From an uncultured Candidatus Binatia bacterium (GTDB lineage Bacteria > Desulfobacterota > Binatia > UBA9968 > JAJDTQ01): a DNA stretch of 64,000 nt. Under the pieces are notes generated by a model. It was not told the DNA's origin, searched no databases, and saw only the letters and a program-made list of their open reading frames with translations. Position 1 is the first letter of the stretch, and each line of letters begins with the position of its first letter. Position numbers and translations under genes: made by a program. The stretch covers positions 3,520,001 through 3,584,000 of the forward strand of contig OZ251459.1 in NCBI GenBank assembly GCA_965242525.1. Direction: 5' to 3'. Shown here piece by piece: positions 57,656-64,000 of the stretch.

Positions 57656-57850
57656 GGCTCCGAACGATCGGGCAGAGGGCATGAGCGCGCCCTTCGACTT
57701 CGCTTCGCTACGCTCAGGACGAACGGGGATCGGAGCCCGGGGCCGCGGCGCCGGTCATACGATGTTCCCTCCGCTCAGGACGAACGGGGGCCGGAGACGC
57801 AGTCCGGGTGCTGCCGGCCGAGGTCCCGGCTCCGCTCAGGACGAACGTGG
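57654..57850 (+). mobile_element. MITE left end plus REP core and two partial core repeats
   Basis: GAGGCTCCGAACGATCGGGCAGAGGGCATGAGCGCG..; CGCTCAGGACGAACG occurs three times. Confidence 0.65.
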
Positions 57851-57949
57851 GTCGGAGGGTCAGGGCAAGGGAGTCCATCCTCCATGTCTCGCCGCCCTTG
57901 CCCGCGGGTCCGCGCGTGACCCCATGAACCGCGACTTGCCGAAGCAGCC

Positions 57950-59488
57950 ATGACCAAAGGACACTCGGAACGATTACCTCCGTTCGTCCTGAGCGTAGCG
58001 AAGCGAAGTCGAAGGACGCACTTTCCCCCAGGGAGAGGGAGTTCAAGCCGAAATCGTTCAGGGTTTCCCAAAGACGTCGTCGTCATGGGCGGAGGCGCCT
58101 CCGGTCTGGCCGCGGCCCATCGGCTGGCGGAACTCAGCCGGGCCGGGCCCTCCGAGTTCCGGGTCACGCTGCTGGAGGCGTCCCACCGGCTCGGCGGGGT
58201 CATCGCCACCGAGCACACCGGCGGCCTCCTCCTGGAGCTCGGCCCGGATTCCTGCATCACCGACAAGCCCGCGGCCTTGCGCCTCTGTGAGCGCCTGGGG
58301 CTCGCCGAACGTCTGGTTGCGCCGCGGCACGGGGGGTTGAAGCTCTACACCGTCCACCGGCAGGAGTTGACGCCGCTTCCCGAAGGGTTCCTGCTGATGG
58401 CCCCCACGAGGCTGGGGCCGGTCCTGCGCAGTCCCCTGTTCTCATGGAGGGGCAAGCTGCGCATGGCCCTGGAGCCGGTGCTGCCCCGGCGCTCCGGTGA
58501 AGAAGACGAGAGCCTCGCGTCGTTCGTGCGGCGCCGGCTGGGCCGGGAGGTGCTGGAGCGGGTGGCCCAGCCCCTCATCGGCAACATCTACGCCGCGGAC
58601 CCGGAAGCCCTCAGCCTGGCCGCCGCCATGCCCCGTTTCCCGGAAATGGAGCGCGCCCACCGAAGCGTCGTCCTCGGGACCCGCCGGGCGCAGACCCGGC
58701 GCGCACGGGCGGAGGGCGAGACCGGCGCGCGCTGGGGCCTGTTCGTCAGCATCGACAGGGGCATGGAAGTGCTGGCGAGCCGCCTCGCGGAGAGGCTGGG
58801 TCCCCGGGCGTTGCGCCTCGGCGAGACGGTCCGGGAGCTCCGCTGGAACCCCGCGGCCCGCCGCTGGAGGGTGGCCACGGGCCGCGGCGGGTTCGACGCG
58901 GACGCGGTCATCTGCGCGCTGCCCGCCTTCGCCGCCGCGGACGTCCTGGGGGCGCTGGACGGGGAGTTGGCCCGCGACCTGAAGGAGATCCCCTTCTCGT
59001 CCACCGCCACCGTCAACTTGGCCTACCGCCGGAGCGACATCGCCCACCCCCTGGACGGCTACGGGTTCGTGGTGCCGCACGCCGAACGCCGGACCATCAC
59101 CGCGTGCACCTTCAGCAGCGTGAAGTACGCCAACAGGGCGCCGGAGGACGTGGCCCTGCTGCGCTGCTTCACGGGCGGCGCCTTGCAGCCGCGCCTGCTC
59201 GACCAGCCGGACACCGTCCTCGAAGCCCGGGTCCGGGAGGACCTGGAGGCGCTCCTCGGCGTCTCCGGCGCACCGACTCTCTGCCGCATCGCCCGCTACC
59301 CGGACGGCATGCCCCAGTACAACGTGGGCCACCTGGAACGCGTGGAAAGGATCGAGGCCCGCCTGGAACGATTCCCTGCCCTCGCCCTGGCCGGCAAGAG
59401 CTACCGCGGCGTAGGCATCGCCGACTGCGTCCATAGCGGCGAAACCGCCGCGGAACGGGTCGCGGACGAACTCGCCCGGGGAGCATGA
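57950..59488 (+). CDS. hemY: Protoporphyrinogen/coproporphyrinogen oxidase HemY with 38-aa MITE-derived N-terminal insertion
   Basis: VVVMGGGASGLAAA, LEA..RLGG, ELGPDS, MPQYNVGH, GVGIADC. Confidence 0.92.
   Translation: MTKGHSERLPPFVLSVAKRSRRTHFPPGRGSSSRNRSGFPKDVVVMGGGASGLAAAHRLAELSRAGPSEFRVTLLEASHRLGGVIATEHTGGLLLELGPDSCITDKPAALRLCERLGLAERLVAPRHGGLKLYTVHRQELTPLPEGFLLMAPTRLGPVLRSPLFSWRGKLRMALEPVLPRRSGEEDESLASFVRRRLGREVLERVAQPLIGNIYAADPEALSLAAAMPRFPEMERAHRSVVLGTRRAQTRRARAEGETGARWGLFVSIDRGMEVLASRLAERLGPRALRLGETVRELRWNPAARRWRVATGRGGFDADAVICALPAFAAADVLGALDGELARDLKEIPFSSTATVNLAYRRSDIAHPLDGYGFVVPHAERRTITACTFSSVKYANRAPEDVALLRCFTGGALQPRLLDQPDTVLEARVREDLEALLGVSGAPTLCRIARYPDGMPQYNVGHLERVERIEARLERFPALALAGKSYRGVGIADCVHSGETAAERVADELARGA
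57959..58068 (-). mobile_element. 110-bp MITE inserted in frame in hemY
   Basis: GGACACTCGGAACGATT...AATCGTTCAGGGTTTCC flanked by CAAA (57955-58, 58069-72). Confidence 0.85.
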
Positions 59489-59610
59489 CCCGGTAAGCGA
59501 ACCGTGGCGGGAAGCAGGCAAATGGAGGCGCTTTCGGAATTCCTGCGGGTTGTGGCACTCCCCTCCCATGCGATGAGGTCCGATTTCATCCTTGCTGCCT
59601 CGTTCGGGAT

Positions 59611-59773
59611 GGATTCCCGCTTTCGCGGGAATGACGGGGGCGGGCGTCCGCAGGTGACAGGGCGGATGTCTGCGGGAATGACGGGGCGGGCATCCGCAGG
59701 AATGACGAGGCGGGCGTCTGCGGGAATGACGAGGGTGGGCGTCTGCGGGTGACGGGGCGGGGCGTCCGTGACG
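59611..59773. repeat. REP (GGATTCCCGCTTTCGCGGGAATGAC) followed by ~22-25 bp degenerate tandem array of its half-site
   Basis: GCGGGAATGACG.GGCGGGCGTC units repeated about six times. Confidence 0.75.
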
Positions 59774-59894
59774 CCAAACCGCGGACGGCATGGTGGGAAT
59801 GGGAGGGAATCGACCTCATCGCGTGCGTCGGGAGCGCCACAACCCACACGAATCCCTGAAGCGCCGGGATTCCCTTACCCCCGACTTTCCTATC

Positions 59895-59937
59895 CCCGTT
59901 CGTCCTGAGCGTAGCGAAGCGGAGTCGAAGGACGCGC
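59895..59937 (-). repeat. REP-like core of MITE family
   Basis: CCGTTCGTCCTGAGCGTAGCGAAGCGGAGTCGAAGGACGCGC abutting a stop codon. Confidence 0.8.
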
Positions 59938-60357
59938 TTACCCGCCGCCGACCTCCTGTCGGCTGAGGCGCGGCTCGTAGAGCATCTGGATCACCACGCC
60001 GTCGGGGTCGGCGCAGTAGAAAGACGCGCTGCCGTCCCGGTGGCGCTTGAACGGTTTGAGGATGGTCACGTCCCTGGCCCGGAACTCGCGTTCCAACTCC
60101 TGTACCCGGTCCATGCGGGAGACGATGAAGCCCAGGTGGTCGAGGGGGGAGGCGGCGGCCCCGGGCGCCTGCCCGTCGGGGAGCTGGTGCAGGGCGAGGT
60201 TGTCGGAGCCGGAGCTGAGATAGACGTTGCCGGGGTCGGGCTGCCACACCACTTCCATGCCCAGCACGTCCTGGTAGAACGCCTTCGAGCGCTCCACGTC
60301 CGTCACGTTGAGGGCCACGTGGCGCATTCCCATCAAGCCGCTGAGCGCCTTGGGCAT
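59938..60357 (-). CDS. VOC/glyoxalase family protein
   Basis: HVALNVTDVERSKAFY, LDHLGF, FYCADPDG. Confidence 0.9.
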   Translation of the reverse strand: MPKALSGLMGMRHVALNVTDVERSKAFYQDVLGMEVVWQPDPGNVYLSSGSDNLALHQLPDGQAPGAAASPLDHLGFIVSRMDRVQELEREFRARDVTILKPFKRHRDGSASFYCADPDGVVIQMLYEPRLSRQEVGGG

Positions 60358-60403
60358 GGTTCGGTCCCGGTGGGAAGGAGTCGAGGCCGGCGGGCGGCCG
60401 GCC

Positions 60404-61264
<861 letters not shown>

Positions 61265-61273
61265 GGTCGGCCC

Positions 61274-63610
61274 TCACTGGCTGGTCTTGGCGCCGCCCTG
61301 GCACAGGCGCCAGATCTTCTCGGGCTTGAGGGGCATGTCGATGTGGGTGACGCCGAACGGCGCCAACGCATCCACTACCGCGTTGACGATGGAGGGCGTG
61401 GAGCCGATGGTCCCGGCCTCGCCCACTCCCTTCACCCCCAGCGGGTTCACTTCGGTGGGGGTCTCCGTGCGCGCGAACTCCAGGGCCGGCAGGTCTTCGG
61501 CCCGGGCCACCGCGTAGTCCATGAGGCTGCCCGTGAGCAACTGGCCGTCCTCGTCGTACACCACCTCCTCGAAGAGCGCCTGCCCCAGCCCCTGGGCGAT
61601 GCCCCCCTGCACTTGGCCGTCCACGATCAACGGGTTGATGACCTTGCCGCAGTCGTCCACCGCCACGTACTTCCGGATCTCGACCTCGCCGCTCTGTGGG
61701 TCCACCTCCACCACGCAGACGTGCGTGCCGAAGGGGAAGGTGAAGTTCTTGGGCTCGAACACCGATGTGGCCTGAAGCCCGGGATCCATGCCCGCGGGCA
61801 GCTTGGTGGCCACATGGGCCTGCACCGCGATCTCCTGGATGGTGACGCCCTTGTCGGGCACGCCCTTGACCGTGAACTTGCCGTCCTCGAACTCCAGGTC
61901 CTCGGCGCTGCATTCCAGCAGGTTGGCGGCGATGGCCTGGGCCTTCTCCCGGACCTTCTGAGCGGCCATCAACACCGCGGTTCCGCCCACCGCGATGCCG
62001 CGGCTGCCGAACGTGCCGATGCCGTTGGGCACCACGGCCGTGTCCCCGTGGAGCACGGCCACGTCCTCGATGGGAACGCCGAGCTCGTCCGAGACGATCT
62101 GCGCGAAGGTCGTCTCCTCCCCCTGGCCGTGGGGCGACACGCCGGTCAACACGGTGGTCTTGCCGGTGAAGTCCAGGCGCACGGTGCCGCTTTCCCATCC
62201 TCCCGCGGGCAGCGCCGCGGAAGGACCCATGGCGCAGATCTCCACGTAGGTGGAGAGGCCGATTCCCATGTAGCGGCCTTCCTCCCTGAGCCGCTTCTGT
62301 TCGGCGCGAAGGTCGTCGTAACCCGCCATCTCCAGCGCCTTGTCGAGGGCCGCCTGGTAGTTGCCGCTGTCGTAGGCCAGTCCGGTGGCCACCGGCAGCG
62401 GGAAGTCCGAGGGCCGGGCAAAGTTCTTGCGGCGCACCTCCACCGGGTCCATGCCCAGTTCGCGCGCGACCAGGTCGAGGGTCCGCTCGATCACGAACGT
62501 GGCTTCGGGCCGTCCGGCGCCGCGATAGGCGTCAGTGGCGATCTTGTTGGTGAAGCCGCCGGTGGAGCGGAACCGCACGGTGGGGATCTTGTAGCACCCG
62601 CTGACCATCAGACCCGTGAGGGGCGGCATCCCCGGCGTGAGGAGCTGGTAATAGGCGCCGGTGTCGAGCATGCAGTCGTAATAGACGCCCAGGATCGTGC
62701 CGTCCTTCTTCACCGCGGCCTCCACCGTGCCCACCTGGCCGCGTCCGTGGATGGTGGCCTGCAGGTTCTCGCGCCGTCCTTCGATCCACTTCACCGGACG
62801 CTTGAGCCGCATGGCCAGGTAAGCCAGCAGGCCCTCTTCCCGATAGACGTTCAGCTTGCATCCGAAGCCGCCGCCCACTTCCGGGGCGATGACCCGGATG
62901 TGGTGCTCCGGGAAACCGAGCATGAGGGCGAGTTGGGCCCGCAGGAGATGGGGGATCTGGGTGGAGGTCCAGACGGTCAGTTCATCCTCTCCCGGAAAGT
63001 ACCGGGCCACTACGCCCCGGGTCTCCACCGGGATCGGTGCCAGCCGCTGGTGCACGAACTTCTGCTTGACCACGACGTCCGCCTCGGCCCGGGCCTTGTC
63101 CATGTCCCCCTGGCCGAGCTCGAAGGTGAAGGCCTGGTTGTCGGGCCACTGGGGATGGACCTTGGGCGCGTCCGGGGACAGCGCCCGTTCCAGGTCCGAC
63201 ACCGCGGGGAGCGGCTCGTAGTCCACTTCGATGAGGTCCAGGGCGTCCCGGGCCGTGTAGGAGTCCTCGGCCACCACCGCGGCCACCGGCTCCCCCACGT
63301 AACGCACGCGTCCCTTGGCCAGCACCGGGTGTTCCGGCGTGCGCAGCGTGGGGTTGGACGCAGCGCACGGCACCGACCCCACGCGGTCGCCCAGGTCCGC
63401 GGAGGTCACCGCGGCGGCGACCCCGGGCAGCGCCAGCGCCGCGTCGGTGCGGACGCCGTCGATGCGGGCGTGGGCGTGGGGGCTGCGCAGGATGGCCACA
63501 TGGAGGACGTCCGCCAGCCGGATGTCGTCCACGTAGTGCGAGAGGCCCTGCACCAGGCGCGGGTCCTCCCGCCGCTTCACCTTGGTTCCTACGAGCTTGC
63601 TTACCGGCAT
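61274..63610 (-). CDS. coxL: CoxL-like molybdopterin subunit (form II, AYRGAGR)
   Basis: RREDPRL, VGGGFG, AYRGAGRPEA, HGQG, KGVGE. Confidence 0.92.
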   Translation of the reverse strand: MPVSKLVGTKVKRREDPRLVQGLSHYVDDIRLADVLHVAILRSPHAHARIDGVRTDAALALPGVAAAVTSADLGDRVGSVPCAASNPTLRTPEHPVLAKGRVRYVGEPVAAVVAEDSYTARDALDLIEVDYEPLPAVSDLERALSPDAPKVHPQWPDNQAFTFELGQGDMDKARAEADVVVKQKFVHQRLAPIPVETRGVVARYFPGEDELTVWTSTQIPHLLRAQLALMLGFPEHHIRVIAPEVGGGFGCKLNVYREEGLLAYLAMRLKRPVKWIEGRRENLQATIHGRGQVGTVEAAVKKDGTILGVYYDCMLDTGAYYQLLTPGMPPLTGLMVSGCYKIPTVRFRSTGGFTNKIATDAYRGAGRPEATFVIERTLDLVARELGMDPVEVRRKNFARPSDFPLPVATGLAYDSGNYQAALDKALEMAGYDDLRAEQKRLREEGRYMGIGLSTYVEICAMGPSAALPAGGWESGTVRLDFTGKTTVLTGVSPHGQGEETTFAQIVSDELGVPIEDVAVLHGDTAVVPNGIGTFGSRGIAVGGTAVLMAAQKVREKAQAIAANLLECSAEDLEFEDGKFTVKGVPDKGVTIQEIAVQAHVATKLPAGMDPGLQATSVFEPKNFTFPFGTHVCVVEVDPQSGEVEIRKYVAVDDCGKVINPLIVDGQVQGGIAQGLGQALFEEVVYDEDGQLLTGSLMDYAVARAEDLPALEFARTETPTEVNPLGVKGVGEAGTIGSTPSIVNAVVDALAPFGVTHIDMPLKPEKIWRLCQGGAKTSQ

Positions 63611-63613
63611 GGC

Positions 63614-64000
63614 TTATGTCCCAGCTTTCGTTTGTTCCGCGGCCTGCTTCACCGCATCAACGATATGCTTGTACCCGGTACAGCGGCAGATGTTGCCTTC
63701 GAGCCCGTGGCGGATCTCCTCTTCCGAGGGGTTCGGATGTTCGTCGAGGAGCTGCCGCGTGGCCATGATCATGCCCGGAGTGCAGAAGCCGCACTGGAGC
63801 CCGTGGCAGTCCCAGAACGCCTGCTGTATCGGATGGAGTCCGTCCTCGGTGGCCAGCGACTCGATGGTGCGGACCTCGCACCCGTCCGCCTGGACCGCCA
63901 GCAGCGTGCAGGACTTGACCGCGGCTCCGTCCACCAGGACCGTGCAGGCCCCGCACAGGCTCGTCTCGCAGCCGATGTGGGTCCCGGTGAGTCCCAGCAC
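63614..64000 (-). CDS. coxS: CoxS-like 2x[2Fe-2S] subunit (5' end outside window)
   Basis: [24 protein letters not shown]. Confidence 0.93.
   Translation of the reverse strand: MLGLTGTHIGCETSLCGACTVLVDGAAVKSCTLLAVQADGCEVRTIESLATEDGLHPIQQAFWDCHGLQCGFCTPGMIMATRQLLDEHPNPSEEEIRHGLEGNICRCTGYKHIVDAVKQAAEQTKAGT

Noticed and set aside
59611-59773. Possible CRISPR array
   Set aside because: Contiguous degenerate units with no unique spacers and no cas genes
61274-63610. Bona fide aerobic CO dehydrogenase
   Set aside because: Motif is AYRGAGR (form II), not AYxCSFR; substrate unknown

Overview
High-GC bacterial chromosomal window; gene content suggests a Deltaproteobacteria/Ca. Binatia-like heterotroph (inference only). 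Left part (1-19.6 kb): aromatic/acyl-CoA catabolism (CMD, CaiB-type CoA transferase, MaoC, LLM monooxygenase, tripartite tricarboxylate transporter, a short BoxB-like di-iron epoxidase followed by a thioredoxin-fold [2Fe-2S] protein and a NuoF-like flavoprotein, LigB/LigA) plus housekeeping genes. Middle (19.7-41.1 kb): addB-addA running directly into a type I restriction-modification defence island (hsdM, YhcG-like nuclease, TA pair, orphan antitoxin, hsdS, ABC-ATPase-TOPRIM nuclease, two internally deleted genes, hsdR, M48-like peptidase) whose accessory genes are bracketed by duplicated gene-junction repeats. Right part: ferritin-like protein, AAA/PD-(D/E)XK protein, grdC plus a selenoprotein grdA missed by the ORF track (in-frame TGA with SECIS-like hairpin), alpha-hydroxy acid oxidase, ABC exporter pair, radA, dinB, hemE, hemY and a form II coxSLM cluster. 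A family of ~110-130 bp MITEs with IS5-like ends and a REP-like core is scattered throughout, sometimes nested; one copy sits in frame inside hemY with a target-site duplication. No rRNA, tRNA, CRISPR array or intact transposase was seen.
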